Shown: positions 51,507 through 62,351 of the stretch, in pieces
How positions within the stretch are numbered: the stretch's first letter is position 1
Layout: each line of letters begins with the position of its first letter
Sequence record: MT682711.1
DNA: 64,000 nucleotides
Direction: 5' to 3' (one strand)
Source of the DNA: Escherichia phage vB_EcoM_FB
Program-made: the position numbers and the translations under genes
Notes under the pieces: generated by a model
The model's database searches: none
What the model was told of the DNA's origin: nothing
What the model saw: only the letters and a program-made list of their open reading frames with translations

Positions 51507-52175
51507 CTATTTATTAACTAAATTCTTTTCAAATGTTTTAACCATATAGGCCACATCTAAATCAGGAAATCCGTTCTCAACTATTATGTGTCGAAATTTC
51601 CTTCTTTTAGGCATTCCTTCCTTTATCCAAAGTTCATGAATTTCCTTTTCAAATTCCCATAATTTACTTCTCATTGAAGGCCTAGGCTGAGAATGTTTAC
51701 CTATATGAGCTTCATTAGCCTCTTTAGTACGTTTTTTACCCGACTTAGCTAACGACATAGCCTTTTTAGCTTCTTCTGTATGAGAATATGGATTTCTTTT
51801 ATGGCCATCACTTATGGCTTTTTTGGTTAATTCAGACCTTGGGATGCCTCTTATTTTTGATGCGCCTTTTTCAACAGATTCAGGGGATTTGGATGTACAA
51901 CTACCTCCTTCACCACCTGGCTTCATATTCATACAGCGAATACCTTTACCAAACTTATCCCAGGCCTCTTCTATCAAAAGCTCTTCGAATTCATAAGCAA
52001 GTTTTTCAGTATCGAAAAAGGTTCTATCGATTATTTCCATTCGGTACTTTAATCTTTTTGCATAATAGATGTAATTACCTGACCCTACATACTTATCAGA
52101 TATTTTATCAGAAGAATGCTTGCCAAAATACAGCCTAGTTCCGTTAGGCGAGTATACTAAAGTTTGGTAACACAT
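51507..52175 (-). CDS. GIY-YIG-like homing endonuclease (degenerate N-terminal motif)
   Basis: VYSPNGTRLYFGKHS...YVGSG and MKPGGEGG align with the other two GIY-YIG genes; ATG start chosen at 52175 (track start 52205 is TTG). Confidence 0.6.
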   Translation of the reverse strand: MCYQTLVYSPNGTRLYFGKHSSDKISDKYVGSGNYIYYAKRLKYRMEIIDRTFFDTEKLAYEFEELLIEEAWDKFGKGIRCMNMKPGGEGGSCTSKSPESVEKGASKIRGIPRSELTKKAISDGHKRNPYSHTEEAKKAMSLAKSGKKRTKEANEAHIGKHSQPRPSMRSKLWEFEKEIHELWIKEGMPKRRKFRHIIVENGFPDLDVAYMVKTFEKNLVNK

Positions 52176-52185
52176 GTGGTACTTT

Positions 52186-52623
52186 TTATTTTTCACCTGC
52201 TTCAAATTTCCTGAGCTCCAACATATTCTTTAATGAGAAACCTCTAGATTTGACCGCATCCAATGCCGAACTACAAAAGTCTTGTAATAAGGCCCAATAC
52301 TGGATTGACGTATCGATTTTAATTACGCTTGAATCCGCCGCCATTACAGTCTTTAATTCCGACTTCTCGTACTGGTCCATACAAACCTCATCACCAGGCT
52401 CTCCACGTCCCGTGTAGAAATCTAATCTCTTCTTAAGAGAGGTCTTTTTCTGGATTTCTAATCGCATTATCTCTTTCTTACAATTCGTATATAGTCTTAG
52501 CCATTTGCTGTGCAGCAAAACGTTGTTCTGTACTTCATACTGTAAACGAGTCCCATCAATCTTTAAATCTTCATCTAATGCATCTTGGAACGATTCTAAT
52601 TTATATTCAATCTCTTTACTCAT
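52186..52623 (-). CDS. uvsY: recombination mediator UvsY
   Basis: ATG at 52623 after AGGAAA gives 145 aa; blocks LQYE..NNV.L.SKWL, YEKSE.KTV, SRGF..K match T4 UvsY. Confidence 0.9.
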   Translation of the reverse strand: MSKEIEYKLESFQDALDEDLKIDGTRLQYEVQNNVLLHSKWLRLYTNCKKEIMRLEIQKKTSLKKRLDFYTGRGEPGDEVCMDQYEKSELKTVMAADSSVIKIDTSIQYWALLQDFCSSALDAVKSRGFSLKNMLELRKFEAGEK

Positions 52624-52654
52624 AGCATGTTTCCTGTTGAATGACCGTAGGACC

Positions 52655-52681
52655 ATTATACACCATTCGTTTGTACAGCAA
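52655..52681 (-). promoter_or_regulatory. candidate middle promoter for uvsY
   Basis: minus strand TTGCTGTA (MotA-box-like) then 13 nt then TATAAT. Confidence 0.35.
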
Positions 52682-53071
52682 TTAACCACTCTGTGAGAGC
52701 TGGATTCTAATTTGCTCTAATGTGTCCGGGTCGTCAACAATACTAAACTGAACTGTTACTATAATAGAGTTGTCATCATAAACAGGGGTTACACCTACAG
52801 CAAGAGCAGAAATTCTGGGTTCGAAGTTCCGCACAGCGGAAACTATATTACGCTTAATGGTGTCTGTGATTAATGGGGTAATATTCTCAAACAACTGATT
52901 GCTAATATCACATCCAAATTCAGGCATAAAAGGGCGTGAACCTTTGCGAGTAGTAATAATGCCTAACAAACTATTTTTTACTGCACGAGCACCTGTAGCT
53001 TTAGCGACGTCTCTATTCCAAGACGTCCTCATTTCAGGGTCTAAATCTGAATACATTTTATTGATATTCAT
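52682..53071 (-). CDS. 25: baseplate wedge protein gp25
   Basis: 129 aa (T4 132), synteny 25-26. Confidence 0.85.
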   Translation of the reverse strand: MNINKMYSDLDPEMRTSWNRDVAKATGARAVKNSLLGIITTRKGSRPFMPEFGCDISNQLFENITPLITDTIKRNIVSAVRNFEPRISALAVGVTPVYDDNSIIVTVQFSIVDDPDTLEQIRIQLSQSG

Positions 53072-53694
53072 TACATCACCTTAAAGAACTCTTTAAGTCC
53101 CTCAATAACGTGGACGGTGTGTTCACCACATTCACAAGAAATAGGTATAGCCAAAATAGGCTTAGGGGCGACTAGTGCATCATAAACTTCTTTTATATCT
53201 TTTTCTGTTATCACAGAATAAAGGTCATCAAGTTCCGCATCGCTTAAATCGGAAAGAAAAAGCTTTTCGCCTGCAGAAGTTAAAATATAATCGATACACC
53301 CGGCGACCATCATAGCTCTATTTTTATCTTCAAAGAGTTTAGGATATCTGAAAACAATTTTAAAGTTGCCAAAGTCTTTAATAACATCCGGCTCTTTACC
53401 CAATGTTGCTCGAGTTAGTGTCATAGGGACAACCTGTGAGCGACCACAACTACAACTCCACTCACGTTCTATATTCACTTCAGCTAATGAATGGGCCCAC
53501 AGGTTTATCACCAGGAGCTCAGATTCTTGCTTGTTTAAATCACGAGCATCTGTGCAATTCGAAATGAGTTCATTGATAAAGGACTCTATTCTGCCTTCTA
53601 ATTTAGCTTGGAGCAAGTCCTTATACTCTCTGAGGGTAAATGCTCTGCATTTTATGGTTTTGTTTTTAATTTTTACGTCAAAAGTATAATTCAT
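53071..53694 (-). CDS. 26: baseplate hub protein gp26
   Basis: 207 aa (T4 208), synteny. Confidence 0.8.
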   Translation of the reverse strand: MNYTFDVKIKNKTIKCRAFTLREYKDLLQAKLEGRIESFINELISNCTDARDLNKQESELLVINLWAHSLAEVNIEREWSCSCGRSQVVPMTLTRATLGKEPDVIKDFGNFKIVFRYPKLFEDKNRAMMVAGCIDYILTSAGEKLFLSDLSDAELDDLYSVITEKDIKEVYDALVAPKPILAIPISCECGEHTVHVIEGLKEFFKVM

Positions 53695-53712
53695 TGTCTT
53701 CTCCTTTAAGCT

Positions 53713-53724
53713 TATTTATAAATA
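53713..53724. promoter_or_regulatory. palindromic bidirectional late promoter between genes 26 and 51
   Basis: TATTTATAAATA reads TATAAATA on both strands, between divergent gp26 and gp51 starts. Confidence 0.5.
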
Positions 53725-53744
53725 CATCAATAAGAGGACACCCT

Positions 53745-54497
53745 ATGGCTAATATAGTACGTTGTGAAATGCCTGATGGAGTCCACCGATTTAAACCTTT
53801 TACAGTAGCTGATTATCGTGATTTTATTTTGATTCGAAATGACATGAATAATAAATCGCCTGAAGAGCAAAAACAAATTTTAGGTGAGTTACTGGAAGAA
53901 TACTTCGGTGAATATCCTATGTCATGGCGCCCATATATGTTCATTGAACTTTATACGTCATCACTCGGCAAGACCAAAATTCCTATCCGATACACTTGTA
54001 GTAAGTGTGAAAAGGATAGACAAGTTTTATTCAATTTGAAACAGACCAAGTTAGATAATCCCACAATTGAAGTGGCCGGCTTGAAGCTAACATTCAAATT
54101 TCCGGAAATAGAATATCAAGACAAATCCGAATTGATTCTGAACACCCTCCAAACCGTGGAAGATGAAAACGGGAAATATAATTGGACTGACCTTTCTGAA
54201 GAAGACCAATTAGCCGTAATAGATGCTATAGACTTATCCACTTTAGAGGATATAGTCAAACAAACTAGCCCTATTAATTTTGAACTAAAATATGGATGCT
54301 GTAATCGTAGAACAATTACGTATACCGATATTTTAGAGGTGTTTAAGCTTATAGTCAACCCGGATGAGATATTTTTATTTTACCAAATAAACCATTTATT
54401 GGTAAAGAACAATTATTCATTAGAAAGCATTATGCAGATGATTCCAATCGAACGCGGTATTGCTTTGTCTTTGGTTGAAAAGGACCTTAAGAAATGA
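53745..54497 (+). CDS. 51: baseplate hub assembly protein gp51
   Basis: ATG at 53745 after AAGAGGA gives 250 aa (T4 249); track start is an upstream extension. Confidence 0.8.
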   Translation: MANIVRCEMPDGVHRFKPFTVADYRDFILIRNDMNNKSPEEQKQILGELLEEYFGEYPMSWRPYMFIELYTSSLGKTKIPIRYTCSKCEKDRQVLFNLKQTKLDNPTIEVAGLKLTFKFPEIEYQDKSELILNTLQTVEDENGKYNWTDLSEEDQLAVIDAIDLSTLEDIVKQTSPINFELKYGCCNRRTITYTDILEVFKLIVNPDEIFLFYQINHLLVKNNYSLESIMQMIPIERGIALSLVEKDLKK

Positions 54498-55663
54498 GTT
54501 CAAAAACTATGCAACGTGAAGGCTTTCCTAATATTAGTATACGCCTTTACGAAGATTATGACGCCTGGTTAGAGCATCGTTTTGTTGAACTAGGCGCGAC
54601 ATTTACTACTCTAACAATGCGAGATGGGCTTTACGGTAGTAATGAAGGGTTGCTTCAGTTTTATGATGCAAAGAACCTTCATACTAAAATGGATGGTGAG
54701 CAGATTATTCAAATTTCTGTTAAGAATGCTAACTCTGAACGTACCCAATCAAGAATTTATGGAAGTAAACACTTTGCTGTAGGAGTGGATTCGAAGGGCG
54801 ACAATATCATAACAATACAACTCGCCCCAATCCACTTTTTAGAGAATCTTAAATTTAGTCGTATGTTCTTCCCGAGTGTTCAAGAAACATTAACTGAAAT
54901 GATTGGTGTTATTTATCAAGACCGTCCGCTTCTTGCTCCTCCTTTGAACGGGATAAACGTTTACGTTCCTAATGTTCCTTGGTGTGATTCAATGGACCGT
55001 TATATGGAATTTGTACGAGAAGTAGGTATGGCCGTTGAATCTGATAAATTTGTATTTGTCTGGGAAGATATAGATGGTATTTCTATCATGGACTACGAAT
55101 TTATGGTTAACCAAGAGCCTATTAATTTTGTAGTGGGTGAGCCGCGATTAATAGGTCAATACGTTCAAGATATGGATACACCTATCGCATTTGATTTTGA
55201 ATGGTTAACTAAAGCCAACCAACATTCCAGAAAACCATATGAAAACGCTACTGTATACGCCCACTCTTTCTTAGACAAAAACGCCACACGAATTACTTTT
55301 GGTGACGGGCAAAACAGTATATTGGTTTCTCGCTCCGGTGGATATTCTGATTATACCTACCGAAACGGTTTTGAAGAAGCTGATAGATTAGTTACTATGG
55401 CCCAATACGATGGATACGCTCATTGTAAGGTATATGGTAACTTTGAACTAACTCCAGGCGATAAGATTAATTTCTATGACCCTAAAAACCAATTCCAGTA
55501 CGATTTTTATGTAGACGAAGTTATTCATGAAGTGAGTAACAATACATCAATTACAAACCTTTATATGTTTACTAATGGTAAGCCTATTAAGATTGAAGAA
55601 CCGCCGAAGGTTAAAAATGAACTTAAAACTGATACTCCCGATCAAGAAAATAACGCTGGGTGA
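54494..55663 (+). CDS. 27: baseplate hub protein gp27
   Basis: 389 aa (T4 391), synteny. Confidence 0.85.
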   Translation: MSSKTMQREGFPNISIRLYEDYDAWLEHRFVELGATFTTLTMRDGLYGSNEGLLQFYDAKNLHTKMDGEQIIQISVKNANSERTQSRIYGSKHFAVGVDSKGDNIITIQLAPIHFLENLKFSRMFFPSVQETLTEMIGVIYQDRPLLAPPLNGINVYVPNVPWCDSMDRYMEFVREVGMAVESDKFVFVWEDIDGISIMDYEFMVNQEPINFVVGEPRLIGQYVQDMDTPIAFDFEWLTKANQHSRKPYENATVYAHSFLDKNATRITFGDGQNSILVSRSGGYSDYTYRNGFEEADRLVTMAQYDGYAHCKVYGNFELTPGDKINFYDPKNQFQYDFYVDEVIHEVSNNTSITNLYMFTNGKPIKIEEPPKVKNELKTDTPDQENNAG

Positions 55664-56144
55664 CAAAGAGATTTCCATTCCTAAATTGGGTCTTAAACAC
55701 CAGAAATTGGTTAAAGATGAAAAGGACCCTTACAAGGCCCTCTATATGACAATGGAATCCATTTGTAAAGGACTGTCTGCAGCAGAAACAGATTTTGCTG
55801 CTTTACACCTTTTAGAATTCAACGGACGATTAAAAGAAAAAGTAACTAAAGATGGATTCACATATAATTTAAATGACCTTTATATTTGCCAACGACTTGA
55901 ATTCCAGTTCCAAGGTAAAACATTTAAATTTAAATCACACGAACCATTTCAAACATTTGGTCCTGTTGATAGTGTACTACAATCTCTTTATCTTGGTGAT
56001 GATGTACCAGATTTTCTGGATATGCCTGCCTTTGTTGCTACATGGGCCGACGATATAACTTCTACTGTAGCTATCCCTGGTCCTAATGGTCCTATCAAAG
56101 GATTGCTTAAAATCATGGATATCTTAAATGAAGAACGAATCTAA
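55617..56144 (+). CDS. 28: baseplate hub distal protein gp28
   Basis: ATG at 55617 after GAAGG gives 176 aa (T4 177). Confidence 0.75.
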   Translation: MNLKLILPIKKITLGDKEISIPKLGLKHQKLVKDEKDPYKALYMTMESICKGLSAAETDFAALHLLEFNGRLKEKVTKDGFTYNLNDLYICQRLEFQFQGKTFKFKSHEPFQTFGPVDSVLQSLYLGDDVPDFLDMPAFVATWADDITSTVAIPGPNGPIKGLLKIMDILNEERI

Positions 56145-57864
56145 TCAGAATAGTTTTCGTCGCAATAAACTGATTGAAGAAATGGCTCCTCAGCGTCGTG
56201 CTGAGGCGCTAGCCCAAACTCAGAACGACGAATTAGGAAATATATCAGATGTTTTATCCGATTCCCAGGCGGCGTCTGAATTGCTCTCTGAAGTTGTTGA
56301 GACAAAGTCTAACCAGATTATTAATTCTGTAGACCGAGTAGACAAAAGCGTCCAAGATGTTGTCGCTGGAACAGAATTAACGGCCGAAGCCATATCAGAA
56401 CAAACCCAACAGTCTAAAGCTCTTTCGGATGCATTAAACGAAAAGATTAATAAGCTTTCTAATATGTTGGAGGCTAAATTTTCTGGTATTTCTATTCCAC
56501 CGGAAGGGAGCTCATTAAAGGTTATTGAAGACTCTATTCCAGAAGAACCTAAGGCCGAAACTCCTAAAGTTCCTGCTGTTGTTGAAGATATTCTTCCACC
56601 TGAAGATAATAAACCTGACGCCGAATTTATGCCTGAGCCTCCTAAAAATTCAGATGAAGGTAAAGAAGGTGATAAGACTTCTCTTTCCGAGAAAATCGAA
56701 GCCCTTACTAAAATAACTGAAAAGGGATTTAAAGCTTCTATAGGCGTCGCTGATAGAATTTCAGGCATGCTTTTTAAGTATACCATTACCGCTGCCGCTG
56801 AAGCTGCTAAACTCGCAGCAGGTTTAGTCCTTTTAATATTTGGTATAGATGCCATTCGCGTATACTTCCAATATTTCATGGACCAATTTGAGTCAGGGTG
56901 GAAAGAATTTAACGATAAGTTTAAAGAGTGGGGACCATTACTTGAAGGGCTAATGACATGGGCCAAGAATGCTGAAGCCATGTTTAGTGAAGGAAACTGG
57001 TTAGGTCTGGCTGAAGCTATTATTCGTGGTATGGTTAATCTTACCAAAAATATGGCACAACTTTTAATGCTTGGTATTTCTAAGTTGATTTCTGCTATTT
57101 TAAGTAAAATACCTGGTATGGGTGATTTAGCTGAAAACGTAGAGGCTTCTGCTTTAATGTCATATCAGCAAAATACCGGAGCCACTTTGGACGATGAAGA
57201 CCAAACTAAAGTGGCCAAGTACCATGATAGACGTTCAGCCGAGGCTTTAGAAACAGCCGAGAAAATGAATAAGAAGTATAAGGATAAACCTGAGCTTATA
57301 AACCAGGCAGAGAAATACGGTAATCTTACTAAAGAACAAGCCGACCAATTACGCGCAGGTGGAATTGACACAAGCTTCCGTGACCTCCCTGAAGAAGAAC
57401 GTTTAGAGTATTTCAAGAAACGTGATAAAGCTCAGGCTGATATTATTCGTTTGACACAAACCGCTGATAATATAATGAAGCCAGATTCTAAAGATATCGA
57501 AAATGCTAAAGCATTTAAAGCTGATATCGAGAAACAATTGGCCGACCCTATTATGGCTAAAGGTGGGGCACCGAAAGACCTTAATATCCAGCAATTACTT
57601 GATAAGATGAATAAATCTTTAGAGAAATTTAATGAAGCTGAAAAGCCTAAACCTGCTTCTGTAGCGGAATCTCCTGAAAATACCCAGGTTAAAAAGGTTG
57701 ATGAGCAAATGAGAGCAAAGGAAAATGCTAAATATAGTCAGCAAGCTCCAACTCAAATAAATCAGCAAACGAATATCAAGAAAACGAGTAAGACAAGCTA
57801 TAATATGCCTCCACAGTCCTCTACTCCTGCTCCTGGTATGCGTCAAGCTACTAAAGTTAATTAG
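56128..57864 (+). CDS. 29: tail tape-measure / baseplate hub protein gp29
   Basis: 578 aa (T4 590), helical, synteny. Confidence 0.85.
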   Translation: MKNESNQNSFRRNKLIEEMAPQRRAEALAQTQNDELGNISDVLSDSQAASELLSEVVETKSNQIINSVDRVDKSVQDVVAGTELTAEAISEQTQQSKALSDALNEKINKLSNMLEAKFSGISIPPEGSSLKVIEDSIPEEPKAETPKVPAVVEDILPPEDNKPDAEFMPEPPKNSDEGKEGDKTSLSEKIEALTKITEKGFKASIGVADRISGMLFKYTITAAAEAAKLAAGLVLLIFGIDAIRVYFQYFMDQFESGWKEFNDKFKEWGPLLEGLMTWAKNAEAMFSEGNWLGLAEAIIRGMVNLTKNMAQLLMLGISKLISAILSKIPGMGDLAENVEASALMSYQQNTGATLDDEDQTKVAKYHDRRSAEALETAEKMNKKYKDKPELINQAEKYGNLTKEQADQLRAGGIDTSFRDLPEEERLEYFKKRDKAQADIIRLTQTADNIMKPDSKDIENAKAFKADIEKQLADPIMAKGGAPKDLNIQQLLDKMNKSLEKFNEAEKPKPASVAESPENTQVKKVDEQMRAKENAKYSQQAPTQINQQTNIKKTSKTSYNMPPQSSTPAPGMRQATKVN

Positions 57865-57872
57865 GATTAATA

Positions 57873-58961
57873 ATGAAAGTAAAAGAACTTGACTTTGATG
57901 TAGCCTCCTTGTTTAAAGGAGGTTCAAAGACCTCCGCAGGTCAATCTAAAACACCACCAATAAAAACCACGGTAACCGCTCAGTATCCAGCTGAGCGGGC
58001 TTCAGGTAATGATACCTCAACCGATATGGTATTAAACGACCTCTATAAAAATGGATTGCTTTTTACCGCATATAATTTTAGTTCTCGTGTATCTCCGGAT
58101 TTGCGTAACGACCGTTCGAGTCAAATGACTAAAAAGTTCTCAAGTGCAGCCAGCAAATTAACAGGCAATAGTGGAACATATAGTGCTGTTAAAAACTTAT
58201 TTGGTGGAAATACTAAGGGCGTTAAATTTGATACCCAAGCCTTAGCTAATATCCTTTTACCTCGTTCTAAATCTGATGTGGATTCCGTATCACACAAATT
58301 TAATGATGTTGGTGAGTCCTTAATTACTAAAGGCGGTGGTACTGCTACAGGTATTTTAAGTAACGTTGCTAGTACCGCGGTATTTGGTGCATTAGAATCT
58401 GTGACTAACGGCGTAATGGCTGATTCAGGCGAACAGATATACACTACAGCTCGTAGTATGTACGCCGGTCCGGATAACCGTACTAAGGTATTCACTTGGG
58501 AAATGACTCCACGAAATGCCCAAGACCTTATCCAGATTATTAAAATATACGAAATCTTCAACTATTATTCTTACGGCGAAACGGGTAATTCGGCTTTCGC
58601 AGGTGAATTAAAAGAGAAGATTGATACTTGGTATCGTTCTACATTTAAAAAAGAAGCTATTGACAAGTTTGATGGTAAGCTATTAGGGGAAAGTATTACA
58701 AGCTTCCTTTCTAATGTTATTGTGGTAAGTAACCCAACCATTTGGTATATCCGAAACTTTGGTGATAGCAGTTCATATGATGGTCGTGAAGATATTTTTG
58801 GCCCATGCCAAATCCAGAGTATCCGTTTTGATAAAACTCCGGACGGCCATTTTAACGGATTGGCTATTGCTCCTAACTTACCATCTACGTTTAGTTTAGA
58901 AGTTACTTTCCGTGAAATTATTACTCTGAACCGTGGCTCACTTTATACGGAAGGATTCTAA
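57873..58961 (+). CDS. 48: baseplate-tail tube junction protein gp48
   Basis: 362 aa (T4 364), synteny. Confidence 0.85.
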   Translation: MKVKELDFDVASLFKGGSKTSAGQSKTPPIKTTVTAQYPAERASGNDTSTDMVLNDLYKNGLLFTAYNFSSRVSPDLRNDRSSQMTKKFSSAASKLTGNSGTYSAVKNLFGGNTKGVKFDTQALANILLPRSKSDVDSVSHKFNDVGESLITKGGGTATGILSNVASTAVFGALESVTNGVMADSGEQIYTTARSMYAGPDNRTKVFTWEMTPRNAQDLIQIIKIYEIFNYYSYGETGNSAFAGELKEKIDTWYRSTFKKEAIDKFDGKLLGESITSFLSNVIVVSNPTIWYIRNFGDSSSYDGREDIFGPCQIQSIRFDKTPDGHFNGLAIAPNLPSTFSLEVTFREIITLNRGSLYTEGF

Positions 58962-59902
58962 TGTATACTTTACAAGAATTTCAGAATCAGGCAATTAATA
59001 TTGACCTACAAAGGAATAACCTGTTTAGTGTGGTATTTGCCACAGTTCCTTCTTCTAAATCTCAGACGCTCCTCGACCAGTTCGGTGGAGCTTTATTTAA
59101 CAATATCCCATTGAATAGCGATTTGTTTGGTATTACACAAGGAGAGTTGACCCAAGGTGTTACGACATTAGTGACAGCGGGCACTCAGAAGTTGATTCGT
59201 AAGTCAGGCATAAGTAAATATTTGATTGGAGCTATGTCATCCAGGGTTGTGCAGAGCTTACTAGGAGAGTTTGAAGTAGGTACATATCTGATGGATTTTT
59301 TCAATATGGCCTATCCTACGGCAGGTCTTTTAGTCCACGCCGTTAAAATCCCGGATAATACTTTGAACTATGAAATGGATTTGAACCACAACTCACCTAA
59401 CATCAAAATTACCGGAAGAGAATATTCTCCATTAGTATTAAGCTTCCGTATGGATTCTGAAGCTGCTAACTACCGTGCTTTTAATGATTGGGTCAATAGT
59501 GTTCAAGACCCTATTACACAATTAAGAGCATTACCGGAGGATGTTGAAGCTGACATTCAAGTCAACCTTCATTCCCGTAATGGATTACCACATACGGTAG
59601 TAATGCTTAATGGTTGCGTTCCAATGAGCGTATCTTCCCCGGAATTATCTTACGACGGTGATAACCAAATTGCTTCATTTGATGTTACATTTGCTTATAG
59701 AAGTGTACAGACTGGTGCAGTTGGCAAACAAGCTGCTTATGAATGGTTGGAAGATAAAGTCCTTAAAGGCGTGGCGGGTATAAGTGAGAGCAATTCCCTG
59801 AGTTCTTCAGTGGCCAAATTAAGTAGACTTTCAGGAGCTTCTAGTGGATTAACAGGATTAGTTAATACATTCGGCGGGCGTGCTATTAATAATGGAATAT
59901 AG
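58961..59902 (+). CDS. 54: baseplate-tail tube initiator gp54
   Basis: 313 aa (T4 320), synteny. Confidence 0.85.
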   Translation: MYTLQEFQNQAINIDLQRNNLFSVVFATVPSSKSQTLLDQFGGALFNNIPLNSDLFGITQGELTQGVTTLVTAGTQKLIRKSGISKYLIGAMSSRVVQSLLGEFEVGTYLMDFFNMAYPTAGLLVHAVKIPDNTLNYEMDLNHNSPNIKITGREYSPLVLSFRMDSEAANYRAFNDWVNSVQDPITQLRALPEDVEADIQVNLHSRNGLPHTVVMLNGCVPMSVSSPELSYDGDNQIASFDVTFAYRSVQTGAVGKQAAYEWLEDKVLKGVAGISESNSLSSSVAKLSRLSGASSGLTGLVNTFGGRAINNGI

Positions 59903-59914
59903 AGGTTGCTATAA

Positions 59915-59943
59915 CAAAAAAGGAGAGCGTACGCTCTCCTTTA
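59915..59943. terminator. bidirectional terminator between gene 54 and the alt-downstream gene
   Basis: perfect palindrome GGAGAGCGTACGCTCTCC flanked by A-run and T-run. Confidence 0.7.
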
Positions 59944-59948
59944 GGGGT

Positions 59949-60239
59949 TTATTTACGGAACGAAATGAAACCTGCTGCAGTCATTAGTGGTTGCTTTTTA
60001 ACAAACACCGTAACTGAAATAGGAGCTTCAGATTCGAGCTGTCCTGTCACTACACCATTAAAGATATTTTCAGTTTGTTCCGGCTGAGAAAAGTTCTCAA
60101 CAGGACGGATATCAAATTGCTTATCTTCACCGAAAACTCGACGCAATTCATTACCAACTGCACTGTCAAACTCTTCGGAAGCAGGGATAACGTTTTCAAC
60201 TACCAGTTCTTGACCATTAAAACGGAATGCAGATTTCAT
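59949..60239 (-). CDS. small hypothetical protein downstream of alt (alt.-1-like position)
   Basis: ORF track, 96 aa. Confidence 0.5.
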   Translation of the reverse strand: MKSAFRFNGQELVVENVIPASEEFDSAVGNELRRVFGEDKQFDIRPVENFSQPEQTENIFNGVVTGQLESEAPISVTVFVKKQPLMTAAGFISFRK

Positions 60240-60296
60240 AATGTTCTCCTCATGTTTGTGTAAGGTAATAGTAACACCATCCTTGGCGTTTGTAAA

Positions 60297-62348
60297 CTAC
60301 CCTTGTACAAATTTATATTGGAGAGCGTCGATATCTATACAAGAAGCTAACAAGCCAAGACCTCTGTCTGAGTTCTTTTTCTTCTCATTAGAAACAAATG
60401 AATCAAAAGAAAGCTCACCACCATCTTTATAGACAACGAGTTCTCCTGTTTCCATTAGGGCATCACCGTCGTATACTACAGCTTCATTAAGTTCATCTGC
60501 AGTCATTACTTCGGCTTGAATAAACTTATTGTTAGAACGAGTAGTCCCGTTGTTATATGAGGCATCTGTAATTTTATTGATTTTAACCATCAACCCTCTA
60601 GGAAGAATTACTTCCATTTCGTTAGAAGGGGCTAGGTCTCCACCAGGTAAAACGACATTTACTTTATTAGCACCAGTAATGGCCCAACCGATACCTACTA
60701 AGGTATCTTTAACTGAATATACCAAGCCTTCATCAGATTTATCTAAAGCAACATCTCGACGCTTTTCATCAGGTAAAACACCAACACCAGAATCGGTCAT
60801 CCATGTACCAAAAATATTTGGATAAAGTGATGTTGATACAAAGTTCCTGAAATAGAATACTTTGTTTTTAACCATAGCCAGGTAAATATCAGGAATCATT
60901 CGTTGAGAACGATAAAGCGTGATACCTTCCGGAAGTTGTTCACCATTTTCAAAAGCAGAATCTAAGTTATTGATAGCTTTTTCTATCTCTTCATTAGTCA
61001 AAATACTGGTTCTTGTATTAGGGTCGCGGATTCCTAAAAGAACATTATTCATATCTTCGTAACCGGAGCCAACGTATTCACGAATACCACGCTTCTGTGC
61101 TGGTGTATAACGAGATACGTCTTTATTTTCTACAATAGAATGTAATTGCCAACCCGCGGTAAGAGCATAAACACGCAGTTCGCGCTGAATAATTTTGGTC
61201 TTTATAGCATTCCAAGAATTTTCGGCTAACTCTATGGCTTCGTGATAACCTAAGTGAGAATGCCGGGCCATTAGTTTTTGAAGCCAAGGGCCTTTATATT
61301 CTTCGATGACATCATCAACCACTGAAGCATAATTTTCTAGAGCTTTTACTGAAGTCACATTTAATCCATGTAATTTCTCAAAAGCTCTCATTTTTATGTC
61401 GGTATTAATTTCTTCCATTTTATCTTCTGGAATAAGAAGGTTGTCTTTAAACGACATACCGCCGGTATTAGCACTAATGGTATTTTCTAAAGCCAAGAAA
61501 GAATTAGAAATAACCTTTATTTCATTTGCTTCCGGCATTAAAGGACCTGTAGCAGGTTTATTCAATTCGACAGCATTAGACTCAAATTTCTTAAACATTG
61601 GAGTTTCGAAACGAGATGATTCTAAGGATTGCGACATAGCAATAGCACGACGTGAAATCTTAGTCTTGGTAATGACAGCCTTATCAGTACGTTTCTCTTC
61701 AACTTTAGCTATACTTGCCGAGACGGCTTCGGCCTTACTTACGGCCTGGCCAGTTTCCTTAGAAACATAAACTTCGCCAACTTTAGACTCAACCTTAGTA
61801 TAAAGCTCGGCATCAATTTCAGGCATACCCTTAATATCTTCAATATTAGTACCACGACGTACTAAAAGAACATAGGTATGTTTTCCGGTGAATTGGTACA
61901 TGGCATCAACAACTTTAAACTTACCACCAGTACGAGCCATAGCTAAACGAGCTAATACACGCTGAACAGTAGGACCCTTACCTTTCATTTTCTTGGTAGG
62001 GAACCGGAAAAGAACTGCATCCATTTTAAGTTTGTTTACTTGTTCGTATACAGTATCAAAAATGGTATTCAGCGTACCAAGTGGGTCAGAACCTAACCCA
62101 CCTTTCAACTCGGCTGGGCTACCCTTAGCAGACAAACTCATCAAAATAACATGAACATATTTGTCTCCGGGCTTAACCATTTTAATAGCGTCTCCTTGAG
62201 ACGCATAAGATACCATACGAGCAACCAGGTTATCATTACCTGGCGCTTTAATAGAGAAAATCTGTGGGATACCGGAACCTGGTTTAAGATTTATTACTGG
62301 ATAGTTTTTATCGGAATCACTATCAAAAACCTCGTTTAAATTTTCCAT
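60297..62348 (-). CDS. alt: Alt ADP-ribosyltransferase (virion-packaged)
   Basis: 683 aa (T4 Alt 682); R-S-E ART motifs (R in LYRSQRM, NFVSTSL, IQAEVMT); location after gene 54. Confidence 0.85.
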   Translation of the reverse strand: MENLNEVFDSDSDKNYPVINLKPGSGIPQIFSIKAPGNDNLVARMVSYASQGDAIKMVKPGDKYVHVILMSLSAKGSPAELKGGLGSDPLGTLNTIFDTVYEQVNKLKMDAVLFRFPTKKMKGKGPTVQRVLARLAMARTGGKFKVVDAMYQFTGKHTYVLLVRRGTNIEDIKGMPEIDAELYTKVESKVGEVYVSKETGQAVSKAEAVSASIAKVEEKRTDKAVITKTKISRRAIAMSQSLESSRFETPMFKKFESNAVELNKPATGPLMPEANEIKVISNSFLALENTISANTGGMSFKDNLLIPEDKMEEINTDIKMRAFEKLHGLNVTSVKALENYASVVDDVIEEYKGPWLQKLMARHSHLGYHEAIELAENSWNAIKTKIIQRELRVYALTAGWQLHSIVENKDVSRYTPAQKRGIREYVGSGYEDMNNVLLGIRDPNTRTSILTNEEIEKAINNLDSAFENGEQLPEGITLYRSQRMIPDIYLAMVKNKVFYFRNFVSTSLYPNIFGTWMTDSGVGVLPDEKRRDVALDKSDEGLVYSVKDTLVGIGWAITGANKVNVVLPGGDLAPSNEMEVILPRGLMVKINKITDASYNNGTTRSNNKFIQAEVMTADELNEAVVYDGDALMETGELVVYKDGGELSFDSFVSNEKKKNSDRGLGLLASCIDIDALQYKFVQG

Positions 62349-62351
62349 TAT

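Noticed and set aside
56220-57047. 275-aa minus-strand ORF
   Set aside because: Antisense to gene 29; Ser/Ala/Leu-rich low-complexity product
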